Made by a program: the position numbers and the translations under genes. A stretch of DNA of 64,000 nt, taken from Betaproteobacteria bacterium. GTDB lineage: Bacteria > Pseudomonadota > Gammaproteobacteria > Burkholderiales > Ga0077523. The stretch spans positions 8,826 through 72,825 of the forward strand of contig JBAXBV010000016.1 in NCBI GenBank assembly GCA_037141795.1, in the 5' to 3' direction. Below the pieces are notes generated by a model that did no database searches, was not told the origin of the DNA, and saw only the letters and a list, made by a program, of their open reading frames with translations. Positions 1-10,115 of the stretch are shown piece after piece (position 1 is the first letter of the stretch; each line of letters opens with the position of its first letter).

Positions 1-79
1 AGAAGTTGAGATTGTCGACGGCGCGGAACCCGTCGAAGGAAACGGTCAGGTCTTCTACGGCCAGGATGTTCTCGCTCAT
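1..79 (-). CDS. ABC transporter ATP-binding protein, N-terminal 26 codons only (gene continues left of the window); part of the amide/urea-type importer operon
   Basis: Reverse strand has ATG at 79-77 followed by MSENILAVEDLTVSFDGFRAVDNLNF, the typical N-terminus of LivG/UrtD-type ATPases. ATGA start/stop overlap with the permease at 76..1254. Confidence 0.6.
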   Translation of the reverse strand, partial: MSENILAVEDLTVSFDGFRAVDNLNF

Positions 80-1254
80 CTCGCGCCACCCTTCCCATCG
101 GCCGCCGGAATACCCGTCCCCCCCGGCGCAGCCGCCCCGCCCATGCGTCCCCGCAACCGGTCGAGAAGACCGGCCATGCCATCCGGCAGGAACATGACGA
201 TGACCACGAACAATCCCCCGATGAAATACATCCAGTACTCCACGAAGTTCTCGGAGAAGAAGGTCTTGGCGTAGCCCACGAGAAACGCTCCGTAGACCGC
301 ACCGATGAGGGAGAGACGCCCCCCCACTGCGGCGTAGATGACCATTTCCACCGAAGGCACGATCCCCACCAGGGAAGGCGAGGCCAGCCCCACCTGCAGC
401 GTGAAGAGGGCGCCCCCGATCGAGGAGAAGAGCGCCGCCACGGCAAAGATGAATGCCTTGAACAGGGCCGGGTCGTAGCCCGAGAAGCGCACCCGGTCCT
501 CGCGGTCCCGAATGGCCACCAGCACCTTGCCGAGACGACTGCGCAGGATGAACAGCCCGATCGCGACGCAGAGCAGCAGGAGGCCGCAGGTGATGAAGTA
601 CATCGTCACCTTAACCCTGTCCTGATCGAGGTCGACCCCGAGAAAGGTCCGGAAATCATTGATGCCGTTGACCCCGCCCGTCACGCCCTGCTGACCGATG
701 ATGACGATGGCAAGGATGGCGGACATTGCCAGCGTGACGATCGAGAAGTACACGTCTCCGATCCGGCGCCGGAAGTTCGCGTAGCCCAGCACGAACGCGA
801 TGGCGGTGGGGAGAAGCAGGATGGCGGGAATGGTGAACCACACGTGGTTGAAAGGCTCCCACCACCAGGGCAGGGCCTCCACGCTGTTCCACACCATGAA
901 GTCCGGGAGGTTGGACCCGAAGAACGATGCCAGGGCCTGGGCCGAACTGCCGGACGACGTGGATTCCAGTTTCAGGAACATCGCCATCATGTAACTGCCC
1001 AGCCCGAAGAACACACCCTGACCGAGACTCAGGATGCCTCCATAGCCCCAGATCAGGACGATCCCCACTGCGCAGAACGACAGCGACAGGTACTTGGCGG
1101 CAAGCGTCAGCCGGAAGATGTCCAGCGACAGGGGCAGAACCACGAGCAGGACCACTGCAAGGATCGGGAAGCTGAACCGGTCGAGGAACCCGCGCCGCGC
1201 CTGCGCGACCGCGGCGGCTGCGAGATTGGCCCTTGGGGAGTTCACGTCAGCCAT
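76..1254 (-). CDS. ABC importer permease, LivM/UrtC-like (amide/urea/branched-chain amino acid family)
   Basis: 392-aa polytopic membrane ORF. Clear paralog of UrtC at 10112..11215 (GILSLGQGVFFGLGSY vs GILSLGHGAFFALGGY; AIRDREDRVRFSGYDP vs AIRDSESRLMFSGYNP). Confidence 0.85.
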   Translation of the reverse strand: MADVNSPRANLAAAAVAQARRGFLDRFSFPILAVVLLVVLPLSLDIFRLTLAAKYLSLSFCAVGIVLIWGYGGILSLGQGVFFGLGSYMMAMFLKLESTSSGSSAQALASFFGSNLPDFMVWNSVEALPWWWEPFNHVWFTIPAILLLPTAIAFVLGYANFRRRIGDVYFSIVTLAMSAILAIVIIGQQGVTGGVNGINDFRTFLGVDLDQDRVKVTMYFITCGLLLLCVAIGLFILRSRLGKVLVAIRDREDRVRFSGYDPALFKAFIFAVAALFSSIGGALFTLQVGLASPSLVGIVPSVEMVIYAAVGGRLSLIGAVYGAFLVGYAKTFFSENFVEYWMYFIGGLFVVIVMFLPDGMAGLLDRLRGRMGGAAAPGGTGIPAADGKGGAR

Positions 1255-2156
1255 CAGCGTCTCACCTTGGTCGCGAACAGGCCGTTGGGCCGGAAGAACA
1301 ACACCACGATGACAAGCAGCAGGATGCTTGCCCGGGCCATCGAACCGCTCATGCCGAACTCGAACCAGGATTGCATCTGACCGATGATGAAGGCGGAGGA
1401 AATCGTGCCGAGCAGGCTTTCGACGCCCCCGAAGACCACGACGATGAAGGTGTCCACGATGTACTGCTGTCCCGTGGTCGGCCCGGTGGATGCGAGCATC
1501 GTGAACGAACTTCCGGCGATGCCGGCGAGACCACAGCCGAAGGCGAAGGTGTAGGAATCCACCCGGGTGGTGTTGATCCCCGCGGCGCCGGCCATGGTCC
1601 GGTTCTGGGTCACGGCCCGGATGCGCAGCCCCCAGCGGGTGCGGAAGAGTATCCAGTAGACGACTGCAGCCGTCACGATGGCGAGGCAGATGATGAAGAT
1701 CCGGGACAGCGGCAGGGCGACGCCCTCGCTCGCCTGCCAGGCGCCCTGCAGCCAGGACACGGTCGGAACCTCCACCTCCTTCGAATTGATGAACTGCCGG
1801 TAGATCTGCTGCAGGATGAGGCTGAGGCCCCAGGTTGCCAGCAGCGTGTCCAGCGGGCGCTTGTAGAGGAAGCGGATCAGCCCCCGTTCCAGGACGTACC
1901 CGAAGACACTGGTGACGACGAACGCCAGGACGATGCCCACGAACAGATACATTCCCATCAGTCCGGGCAGGAATTTCTGGAAGAAGAGCGCAACGCCGTA
2001 ACTCACGTAGGCCCCCATGGCCATCAGTTCGCCGTGGGCCATGTTGATGACGCCCATCAGGCCGAAGACGATCGCCAGGCCCAGAGCCATCAGCATCAGG
2101 ATCGTGAAGATGGAAAGCCCTGTGAATGCCTGCATGGCAAGCATGTCGAAATTCAT
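1254..2156 (-). CDS. ABC importer permease, LivH/UrtB-like
   Basis: 300-aa membrane ORF sharing GVINMAHGE and RAVTQNRTMA blocks with the C-terminal half of UrtB (11217..12845). 1-nt overlap with the downstream permease. Confidence 0.85.
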   Translation of the reverse strand: MNFDMLAMQAFTGLSIFTILMLMALGLAIVFGLMGVINMAHGELMAMGAYVSYGVALFFQKFLPGLMGMYLFVGIVLAFVVTSVFGYVLERGLIRFLYKRPLDTLLATWGLSLILQQIYRQFINSKEVEVPTVSWLQGAWQASEGVALPLSRIFIICLAIVTAAVVYWILFRTRWGLRIRAVTQNRTMAGAAGINTTRVDSYTFAFGCGLAGIAGSSFTMLASTGPTTGQQYIVDTFIVVVFGGVESLLGTISSAFIIGQMQSWFEFGMSGSMARASILLLVIVVLFFRPNGLFATKVRR

Positions 2157-2339
2157 GACTTCTTCAGCTCCCGCGGTGTTCCGTTCATGGCCACGACCGT
2201 TTCCGCAGCCCCGGACGCGAGGAGACGGTCAAGGATGATGCGTCGCCCTCTCCAGGCCTGCCTGTCCATTGCACAACCCATCGCCCACCCCGGGCAGTCT
2301 GGAGGATCTGTCCGGGGTGGGCGCGGGGCGACGAAGCGC

Positions 2340-3530
2340 TTACAACTTCGGGAACGGGTTCGGCTCGATGAGGGCCGATTCGTAGATCATGTCGACCTGC
2401 CCGTCGGCACGGAACGCACCGATGCGCGCGTGCTTGAAGAGGTGATGGTTGCTGGGGTGGAACTTGATCTTGCCTTCCGGTCCCGCGAACTCGAGACCGG
2501 CCGAGGCCGCCACCACCTTCTCCACCTCGAAGCTCTTGGCCTTCTCGGCGGCGAGCTTCCAGAGATAGACCGACGTGTAGCCGCAGGCCAGGGTGTCACC
2601 GGTCACGCGGTTCGCACCGTACTTGGCCTTGAACGCCTTCACGAACTTCTCGTTGGCAGGGTTCTTGAGGCTCTGGAAGTAACCCATGCAGGTCAGGGTC
2701 CCGGCGGTGTTGTCCGCGCCGATCCCGGAGACTTCCTCCTCGGAAACGGCGAGGGACAGGATCGTCTGGTTCTTGCCGGTGATGCCGGCTGCGGTGAGCT
2801 GCTTGAAGAAGGCCACGTTCGAACCGCCGACGACGCAGTTCAGGATGACGTCGGGCTTCGCGGCCTTGATCTTGTTGATCTCGGACGAGAACTCGATGTG
2901 TCCCAGGGGGTAGTACCCTTCACCGGCGAGCGTGCCGCCCAGGCGTGCAAGGGTCGCCTTGGCGATCTTGATCGTGGTCCGGGGCCAGATGTAGTCGGAC
3001 CCGATCATGTAGAACGACTTGCCCTTGTTCTTGAACAGCCATTCCATGGCTGCGATCACGGACTGGGTCGCTTCCTGGGCGGTGTACATGATGTTGGGCG
3101 ACTGCTCGAGACCTTCGTAGTACGTCGGGTAGTAGAGCAGGCCCTTCAGCTTCTCGAAGACCGGCAGCACGGCCTTGCGCGAGGCGGACGTGTAGCAACC
3201 CATGACGGCCGCGACCTTGTCCTTCTCGAGCAGCTTGCGGGCCTTCTCGGCGAAGGTGGGCCAGTCGCTGGCGCCGTCCTCGACGACAGCCTCGATCTTG
3301 GCACCCATCACGCCACCGGCCTTGTTGATTTCCTCGATGGCGAGCATCTCGGCGTCCACGACCGACTTCTCGGCGATGGCGATGGTCCCCGTGAGGGAGT
3401 GCAGGACACCGACCTTCACGCTGTCGGCCGCACCTGCGGTGCGGATGTTGATCATCGGAAACGGCAGTGCACTTGCCGCCGCGATCGCGCTGGACGTCTT
3501 GATGAATTTGCGCCTGTTCAGATTGCTCAC
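2340..3530 (-). CDS. Periplasmic substrate-binding protein of amide/urea ABC importer (FmdD/UrtA-like), Tat-type signal
   Basis: N-terminus NRRKFIKTSSAIAAASA has a twin-arginine signal. Core VKVGVLHSLTGTIAIAEKS...EEINKAGGVMG...DWPTFAEKARKLL aligns with UrtA (12953..14209) and AmiC. Confidence 0.85.
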   Translation of the reverse strand: MSNLNRRKFIKTSSAIAAASALPFPMINIRTAGAADSVKVGVLHSLTGTIAIAEKSVVDAEMLAIEEINKAGGVMGAKIEAVVEDGASDWPTFAEKARKLLEKDKVAAVMGCYTSASRKAVLPVFEKLKGLLYYPTYYEGLEQSPNIMYTAQEATQSVIAAMEWLFKNKGKSFYMIGSDYIWPRTTIKIAKATLARLGGTLAGEGYYPLGHIEFSSEINKIKAAKPDVILNCVVGGSNVAFFKQLTAAGITGKNQTILSLAVSEEEVSGIGADNTAGTLTCMGYFQSLKNPANEKFVKAFKAKYGANRVTGDTLACGYTSVYLWKLAAEKAKSFEVEKVVAASAGLEFAGPEGKIKFHPSNHHLFKHARIGAFRADGQVDMIYESALIEPNPFPKL

Positions 3531-3610
3531 CGTTGTTCCCCTTTTTCGGATTGACTGGAACTGCCACCTATTGATGCGCGCGGACTCGGGTTGCCCACCC
3601 GCCGGACCGC

Positions 3611-3656
3611 AAAAAAGAAGCCCGCAGGCCGAACACAGCGGCCTGCGGGCTTCTTT
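3611..3656 (-). terminator. Rho-independent terminator located in the 5-prime leader of the importer operon (attenuator)
   Basis: Minus-strand RNA reads AAAGAAGCCCGCAGGCC-gcuguguuc-GGCCUGCGGGCUUCUUU followed by UUUUUU. This is a 17-bp perfect stem plus U-run, about 80 nt upstream of the ATG at 3530. Confidence 0.7.
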
Positions 3657-3684
3657 GCCAGTGCGCTGTCAGACGCCTTTGTCT
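3648..3684 (-). promoter_or_regulatory. Candidate ANTAR (AmiR) recognition element: two short hairpins with hexaloops
   Basis: Minus-strand RNA has AGAC-AAAGGC-GUCU (3671-3684) and GGC-AAAGAA-GCC (3648-3659). Both loops are 6 nt with A at position 1 and G at position 4. The second hairpin shares bases with the 5-prime arm of the terminator. Confidence 0.4.
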
Positions 3685-4165
3685 TGGACAACGCCGATTT
3701 CAAACCTGCCGAAGACTTCCACGCGGGCGGGTGCGTTGTCAAGCACCGCCTTGCGCGAGGACACGTTTCGCAATTCCCGGGCCTGACGAGGGTTTCCTGC
3801 CGAGTTCGCCTTCAGTGCAGGTGCGAAGCGCCCGTCCCCCAAGGGGAAAGCCGCGACAAACCAGTGATCCTCCGTACATTTTCTTCCCATCGTCGCCTCG
3901 GGCTCCAGACCTGGCGGGTCCGGAGAGGCATCACCTCCCCGCACAATTCCGGTGCATCGTCCGCGTGCAGTGCCCGATCGCGGGGCCATCGTGCCTCGGC
4001 TCTGACCGGCGTTACCCTGCTGCACGAGGAAGTCGCCTCAGACTCGACAAGAGGAGCGGGTTTTGCTGACAATGGCCGGGCGCGCGGACCCTTTTGCCCA
4101 CCCGCCCGCCCTGCGCAGGGAAGCGCACCGGGCCCATGCCGCCAGCACTCCATGAACCTCTTCAC

Positions 4166-5326
4166 ATGACATCATCGTCCCACGCCCCGGTTCGTATCGG
4201 GGTCCTCTTCTCGGAGACCGGCGTCACGTCGGTCATCGAGAACTCGCAACGCATCGGCACGCTGCTCGCGGCCGGAGAGATCAATGCGCAGGGCGGCATC
4301 AATGGTCGCGAGATCGTCCTGCAGTCCTACGACCCCCAGTCCCGGCCGGCGCTGTATCGCCAGCTTGCCGAGAGGCTCATCACCGAGGACGGCATCCGCG
4401 TGATCGCCGGGTGCTACATGTCCAGCACGCGCAAGGCGCTGATCCCGGTGCTCGAGCGCTGGAACGCACTCCTTCTGTATCCCACCCTCTACGAGGGGTT
4501 CGAATACTCCCGGAACGTGTTCTACACGGGTGCGGCACCGAACCAGAACAGCCTCCAGCTGGCCGAGTACATGACCCGCAAGTTCGGTCCGCGCGTCTTC
4601 ATGGTGGGCTCCGACTATGTCTACCCCTACGAGTCCAATCGCATCATGAGCGATCTCGTGCTGGAACGCGGGGGCGAGAAGCTGGCCGAGCAGTACCTTC
4701 CCCTGGAGGCGAAGCAGGAGGACTTCGACCAGGTGGTGCAGCGGATCCGGGCGGCAGAGCCGGATTTCATCTTCTCCACGGTGGTCGGCGAGGGCACTGC
4801 CATGCTGTACCGGGCCTACGGTGCCGCGGGCCTCGATCCGGCCCGCATGCCGATCGCGAGCCTGACCACCTGCGAAGCCGAAGTGCAGCAGATGGGGGCC
4901 CACATCGCCGAGGGCCACATCACTTCCGCCCCGTATTTCCAGACGGTGGACACGCCCGAGAACCACAGGACCGTGGCGGCCCTGCAGCGCAGCTTCGGTC
5001 CCGAGCAGAGGGCAAACCAGTGCATGGAGGCCGCCTACTTCCAGATGCACCTGCTCGCCGCGGCCATGCGCCGCGCCGACCCGGATGACGCCGATGCGCT
5101 GCTGCGGACCCTGCCCGGGCTCGAATTCGACGCGCCGCAGGGGCGTGTGCGCATCGACGAGCAGAACCACCACACGCACCTCCACCCCCGGATCGGACGG
5201 GTCAACTCCCTCGGCCATTTCGACATTCTGGAGGAGACCCGGGACCGGGTGCGGCCGGATCCCTATCTCGTGTCGCACACCCTGCAGGACTGGTCGGTAC
5301 CGACCGGACTGCGCGAGATCGCGTGA
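4166..5326 (+). CDS. amiC: AmiC-like amide-binding negative regulator (periplasmic-binding-protein fold, cytoplasmic)
   Basis: VRIGVLFSETGVTS...GCYMSSTRKALIPVLE...LYPTLYEGFEYS...GAAPNQNS...IASLTTCEAEV closely parallels P. aeruginosa AmiC. No signal peptide. Start chosen at ATG 4166 (MTSSSHAPVRIG). Confidence 0.85.
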   Translation: MTSSSHAPVRIGVLFSETGVTSVIENSQRIGTLLAAGEINAQGGINGREIVLQSYDPQSRPALYRQLAERLITEDGIRVIAGCYMSSTRKALIPVLERWNALLLYPTLYEGFEYSRNVFYTGAAPNQNSLQLAEYMTRKFGPRVFMVGSDYVYPYESNRIMSDLVLERGGEKLAEQYLPLEAKQEDFDQVVQRIRAAEPDFIFSTVVGEGTAMLYRAYGAAGLDPARMPIASLTTCEAEVQQMGAHIAEGHITSAPYFQTVDTPENHRTVAALQRSFGPEQRANQCMEAAYFQMHLLAAAMRRADPDDADALLRTLPGLEFDAPQGRVRIDEQNHHTHLHPRIGRVNSLGHFDILEETRDRVRPDPYLVSHTLQDWSVPTGLREIA

Positions 5327-5345
5327 CCCGCGGAATGCCCACGAC

Positions 5346-5963
5346 ATGAAGACCCCGCCCTCCGGCACGTCGCAACTGCTGCGCGACCTGCGCTCGCTGC
5401 AGGTACTGGTATTCCATCCGGATGACGCGGATGGCCAGGAACTGCTTGCGCAGCTCCGGCGGATCGGCTGCAGGGTCCAGGCCTTCTGGCCGCCCAGGGA
5501 GCGCCTGCCCGTTCCGGCCGACCTGGTTTTCCTGGCGGTGACGCCCGAAGCACCTGCAGTCGATCCCGCCTGGGCCAGGAGGGATGACGCCCCCCCGATC
5601 ATCGTGGTGGTGAACTACGAGAACCCCACCATGGTGGAAAGCGTGCTGCGGCTCAACGCGGTGGGCGTCGTCGCCTCGCCCGTGAAGTCCTTCGGGTTGC
5701 TGACTGCCATCGTGGTTGCCCGCAGTCAGGCGGAACGGTCCCAGGAACGCGAACGCTACGTGGCCAAACTGGAGCAGCGCCTCGCCAGCCAGCGCAAGCT
5801 CGCGAAGGCCAAGACCATCCTCATGCAGACCCGGGCGGTGTCGGAGGACGACGCCTACCGTCTCATCCGGGAACAGGCGATGACCAAGAGGGTGACCACG
5901 GAAGAGATCGCCGACGCGATCATCAACGCCAACGACATCCTGTCCTTCGAGGGCAAGGGCTGA
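5346..5963 (+). CDS. amiR: AmiR-like ANTAR-domain transcription antiterminator
   Basis: LRSLQVLVFHPDD...LRRIGCRVQAFWPP pseudo-receiver domain plus C-terminal ANTAR block KAKTILMQTRAVSEDDAYRLIREQAMTKRVTTEEIA. Lies immediately downstream of amiC. Confidence 0.85.
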   Translation: MKTPPSGTSQLLRDLRSLQVLVFHPDDADGQELLAQLRRIGCRVQAFWPPRERLPVPADLVFLAVTPEAPAVDPAWARRDDAPPIIVVVNYENPTMVESVLRLNAVGVVASPVKSFGLLTAIVVARSQAERSQERERYVAKLEQRLASQRKLAKAKTILMQTRAVSEDDAYRLIREQAMTKRVTTEEIADAIINANDILSFEGKG

Positions 5964-6095
5964 CACGTCACCCTGCGGCGGCCGCCATCACCCCTGGACC
6001 CGGCATGACCCCTCACCCGATGACGGGGTGGCACGCATCGCGCCGGAACGAACCCTCAGGCCACCAACGCGGCCCGCCGCCCCCGGCAGGGGCGT

Positions 6096-7802
6096 TCAGA
6101 ACAGGAAGTACCGCTGCGCCATGGGCAGAACCTTCGCCGGCTCGCAGGTGAGCAGCACGCCATCGGCACGCACCTCGTAGGTCTGCGCATTGACCTCCAT
6201 CCGGGGCATCGCGCCGTTGAATGGCAGGTCGCGCTTGCGTATCGCGCGGGTCCCCCGCACGGCCACGAGCCGCTTGGCGAGACCAAGGTGCCCCGCAATG
6301 CCTGCCTCCATCGCCGCCGCCGACACGAATGTCACGCTGGTGGAGTGCAGCGCCTTGCCGAAGGCGGCGAACATGGGCCGATAGTGGACAGGTTGCGGCG
6401 TGGGAATCGATGCGTTGGGGTCCCCCATGGCCGCAGCGGCGATGGCCCCGCCCTTCAGCACGAGACTGGGCTTCACCCCGAAGAACGCCGGCCGCCACAG
6501 CACGAGGTCGGCGAGCTTGCCCGGCTCCACGGACCCGACCTCGTGGGCGATGCCATGGGACAACGCCGGATTGATCGTGTACTTGGCAATGTAGCGCTTG
6601 ATGCGGTGATTGTCGTTGTCGCCGCGCTCCTCGGGCAGCGCGCCGCGCTGGGCCTTCATCTTGTGGGCGGTCTGCCAGGTACGCAGGATGACCTCGCCCA
6701 CCCTGCCCATGGCCTGCGAATCGGACGACATCATGCTGATGGCGCCCAGGTCATGGAGGATATCCTCGGCGGCGATGGTCTGGGGCCGGATGCGGGATTC
6801 CGCAAACGCGACATCCTCCGGAATGCCTGCGTCCAGGTGGTGGCAAACCATCAGCATGTCCAGATGCTCGTCGAGCGTGTTCACGGTGAACGGACGAGTG
6901 GGGTTGGTGGACGAGGGCAGGACGTTGCCCTCGCCCACCACCTTGATGATGTCCGGCGCGTGGCCGCCCCCCGCACCCTCGGTGTGAAAGGTGTGGATGG
7001 TGCGCCCCTTGAAGGCCGCGATGGTGGTCTCGACGAAGCCGGATTCGTTGAGGGTATCGGTGTGGATCGCGACCTGTACATCCATGCGATCCGCCACACC
7101 CAGACACGCGTCGATGGCGGCCGGCGTGGTGCCCCAGTCCTCGTGGAGCTTGAGCCCCATCGCCCCGGCAGCCACCTGCTCCTCCAGCGCGAGCGGGACG
7201 CTCACGTTGCCCTTCCCCATGAACCCCAGGTTCATGGGGAAGGCCTCCGCCGCCTCCAGCATGCGGTGGATGTGCCACGGGCCAGGCGTGCAGGTGGTGG
7301 CGTTGGTGCCCGTTGCCGGCCCGGTGCCGCCGCCCAGGAGGGTGGTGACGCCGGACATCAGGGCTTCCTCGATCTGCTGCGGGCAGATGAAGTGGATGTG
7401 GCTATCGATGCCGCCGGCAGTGAGGATCATGCCCTCGCCCGCGATCACTTCGGTCGCACCGCCCACCGGAATGGTCACGCCGGGCTGCACGTCGGGATTG
7501 CCGGCCTTTCCGATGCGCCAGATGCGCCCGCCCTTCAGGCCGACGTCCGCCTTGACGATACCGGAGTGATCGACGATGAGGGCATTGGTGATGACGGTAT
7601 CCGCGACCTCGGCCGCGCCGCGCTGGCCCTGACCCATGCCGTCCCGAATGACCTTGCCACCGCCGAACTTCACCTCCTCGCCATAGATGGTGAAGTCGTG
7701 CTCGACTTCCAGCCAGAGGTCCGTGTCCGCCAGGCGGAGCCGGTCTCCCGTCGTGGGGCCATACATGCCGGCATAGGCGGCCCGATCGATCCTGCTAGCC
7801 AT
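6096..7802 (-). CDS. ureC: Urease alpha subunit
   Basis: 568 aa with canonical motifs [26 protein letters not shown] and [17 protein letters not shown]. Confidence 0.97.
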   Translation of the reverse strand: MASRIDRAAYAGMYGPTTGDRLRLADTDLWLEVEHDFTIYGEEVKFGGGKVIRDGMGQGQRGAAEVADTVITNALIVDHSGIVKADVGLKGGRIWRIGKAGNPDVQPGVTIPVGGATEVIAGEGMILTAGGIDSHIHFICPQQIEEALMSGVTTLLGGGTGPATGTNATTCTPGPWHIHRMLEAAEAFPMNLGFMGKGNVSVPLALEEQVAAGAMGLKLHEDWGTTPAAIDACLGVADRMDVQVAIHTDTLNESGFVETTIAAFKGRTIHTFHTEGAGGGHAPDIIKVVGEGNVLPSSTNPTRPFTVNTLDEHLDMLMVCHHLDAGIPEDVAFAESRIRPQTIAAEDILHDLGAISMMSSDSQAMGRVGEVILRTWQTAHKMKAQRGALPEERGDNDNHRIKRYIAKYTINPALSHGIAHEVGSVEPGKLADLVLWRPAFFGVKPSLVLKGGAIAAAAMGDPNASIPTPQPVHYRPMFAAFGKALHSTSVTFVSAAAMEAGIAGHLGLAKRLVAVRGTRAIRKRDLPFNGAMPRMEVNAQTYEVRADGVLLTCEPAKVLPMAQRYFLF

Positions 7803-8112
7803 TTGTTTTCAGCGCTCCCTGGACCTTGCCTTGGAAACCGTGGACGACGCGCTCGCCGGCGTAGGCGACGAGCGTGACCTCGCGGGTCTGGCCCGGCTCG
7901 AATCGCACCGCGGTGCCGGCCGGAATGTCGAGACGCATGCCGTAGGCCCTCTGGCGGTCGAACGCCAGCGCCTCGTTGGTCTCGTGGAAGTGGTAGTGGG
8001 ATCCGACCTGCACCGGACGATCACCACCGTTGGTCACGGTGAGGGTGACCGTCGGGCGACCGGCGTTCAGCACGATGTCTCCGGACGCGGTCCTGAGTTC
8101 TCCTGGAATCAT
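7795..8112 (-). CDS. ureB: Urease beta subunit
   Basis: MIPGE...[31 protein letters not shown]...[14 protein letters not shown]. 8-nt overlap with ureC. Confidence 0.95.
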   Translation of the reverse strand: MIPGELRTASGDIVLNAGRPTVTLTVTNGGDRPVQVGSHYHFHETNEALAFDRQRAYGMRLDIPAGTAVRFEPGQTREVTLVAYAGERVVHGFQGKVQGALKTNG

Positions 8113-8164
8113 GGGGTGTCCTCCTGGTCGGGGCGAGCGGGCCGCAGAGCGGCGCCTGCGGCGG

Positions 8165-8467
<303 letters not shown>

Positions 8468-8555
8468 GGGTAACTCCTGGGTGATTCCGGCGGACCGGGC
8501 GCCGCCCGGCGGGATGAACGGGCCCGCCTCCCGGGCGCGCCCCCGGGGCGCGCCG

Positions 8556-9254
8556 TCAGACCGAGAGCAGCGACCGCACGTCGTCGCGGTCCATGTCGAC
8601 TCCCGCTCCGCTTTTTACCACAACCCCGCGATTGAGCACCACGTAGTGATCGGCCAGATCGCGCGCGAAGTCGTAGTACTGCTCCACCAGGAGGATACCC
8701 ATGTCGCCCCGCTCCGCGAGCGCCCGGATGGCGCGCTCGATATCCTTGATGATGGACGGCTGGATCCCCTCGGTGGGCTCGTCCAGGATCAGGACCTTCG
8801 GCCGCATGGCCAGCGCCCGTCCGATGGCCAGCTGCTGTTGCTGCCCCCCCGAGAGGTCACCGCCGCGCCGGTTGCGCATCTGCCTGAGCACCGGAAACAT
8901 CTCCCAGATTTCCGCGGGAAGGTCGCCCACCGCACCGCCGCTCTTCGACGCGAGCCCCATCAGGAGGTTCTCCTCGACCGTCAGCCGGGGGAAGATCTCC
9001 CGCCCCTGAGGGACATAGCCCAGCCCCCGCGCGGCACGCTCGAAGGGGGGCAATCGGGTGAGGTCGGCGCCGTCCAGCGCGAGCGTGCCGCCTCGCACCC
9101 TCTCCACGCCCATGATGCATTTCAGCAGCGTGGTCTTGCCCACGCCGTTGCGCCCCAGCAGCGCCGTGCAGGCGCCCGTGGGCACCTCGAAGGAAACATC
9201 CCGCAGCGTGTGGCTGCTGCCGTAGAAATGGTCGAGGTGACCGATGCTCAGCAT
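8556..9254 (-). CDS. urtE: Urea ABC transporter ATP-binding protein UrtE
   Basis: 232 aa with Walker [10 protein letters not shown] and signature [15 protein letters not shown]. Last gene of the urt block. Confidence 0.9.
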   Translation of the reverse strand: MLSIGHLDHFYGSSHTLRDVSFEVPTGACTALLGRNGVGKTTLLKCIMGVERVRGGTLALDGADLTRLPPFERAARGLGYVPQGREIFPRLTVEENLLMGLASKSGGAVGDLPAEIWEMFPVLRQMRNRRGGDLSGGQQQQLAIGRALAMRPKVLILDEPTEGIQPSIIKDIERAIRALAERGDMGILLVEQYYDFARDLADHYVVLNRGVVVKSGAGVDMDRDDVRSLLSV

Positions 9255-9290
9255 GGAAGGCTCCTCCTCCGGGCTCCGCGGTGCGATCGC

Positions 9291-10115
9291 TCAGCGCCCA
9301 AGGTACACCTCGATCACCCGCTCGTCGTTCTTCACCATGTCCATCGGGCCTTCGGCAAGCACGCTGCCTTCGTGCAGTACCGTCACGGTCCGGGCGATGG
9401 AGGCGATGAAATCCATGTCGTGCTCCACGACCACGAGGGTGTGACTACCCGCCAGCTGACGGAACAGCTCGGCTGTCCTCGCCGTTTCCTCATCGGTCAT
9501 TCCTGCTGCCGGCTCGTCCAGCAGCAGCAGACGCGGCTCCTGCATGAGCAGCATGCCGATCTCCAGCCACTGCTTCTGACCGTGCGACAGGACCCCGGCC
9601 AGGCGCCCGGCCTCCCCTTCGAGGCGGATGAGTGCAAGCGTCTCGCCGATCCGCCGCAGGTCATCCGCCGAGAGCTTTGCCCGCAGGCTGGCACGAACCC
9701 GCTTGTCGGTCTTCATGGCGAGTTCCAGGTTCTCGAAGACCGTGTGGTTCTCGAACACGGTCGGCTTCTGGAACTTGCGCCCGATGCCCATGTGCGCGAT
9801 CTCGGCCTCCGAGAACCGGGTGAGGTCCAGCGTCTGCCCGAAGTAGGCCGTGCCCGAATCCGGCTGGGTCTTTCCGGTGATGACGTCCATCATGGTCGTC
9901 TTTCCCGCACCGTTCGGTCCGATGATGCAGCGCAGTTCGCCGGTCTCGACCGTCAGGGTGAGCTTGTTGAGCGCGCGGAACCCGTCGAAGCTCACGGTGA
10001 TGTCCTCGAGATAGAGGATCGGCCCGTGGCTCACGTCCACGTCCGGGCCGCGAAGGTGTTCCAGTCCCGACGTCTGGCCGGACTTGAGGTCGGTGCGACT
10101 GGTTTCCACGATCAT
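9291..10115 (-). CDS. urtD: Urea ABC transporter ATP-binding protein UrtD
   Basis: Start at ATG 10115 (MIVETSR), with ATGA overlap with the urtC stop. Walker A GPNGAGKTT, signature LSHGQKQWLEIG. The 582-aa track ORF is an upstream run-on. Confidence 0.9.
   Translation of the reverse strand: MIVETSRTDLKSGQTSGLEHLRGPDVDVSHGPILYLEDITVSFDGFRALNKLTLTVETGELRCIIGPNGAGKTTMMDVITGKTQPDSGTAYFGQTLDLTRFSEAEIAHMGIGRKFQKPTVFENHTVFENLELAMKTDKRVRASLRAKLSADDLRRIGETLALIRLEGEAGRLAGVLSHGQKQWLEIGMLLMQEPRLLLLDEPAAGMTDEETARTAELFRQLAGSHTLVVVEHDMDFIASIARTVTVLHEGSVLAEGPMDMVKNDERVIEVYLGR

Noticed and set aside
3669-3890. A 73-aa ORF (MGRKCTEDHWFVAAFPLGDG...) inside the importer leader, whose stop codon touches the first ANTAR-like hairpin.
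   Set aside because: Codon usage is atypical for this genome (GGA AGA AAA TGT at the start, moderate GC3). It has no RBS and no family resemblance, and it is too long for a leader peptide. I treat it as non-coding leader.
6029-6034. Additional TGGCAC hexamers (6029, 24523, 57869) as possible sigma54 promoters.
   Set aside because: None is followed by TTGC at the N5 spacing, so they do not form a -24/-12 element.
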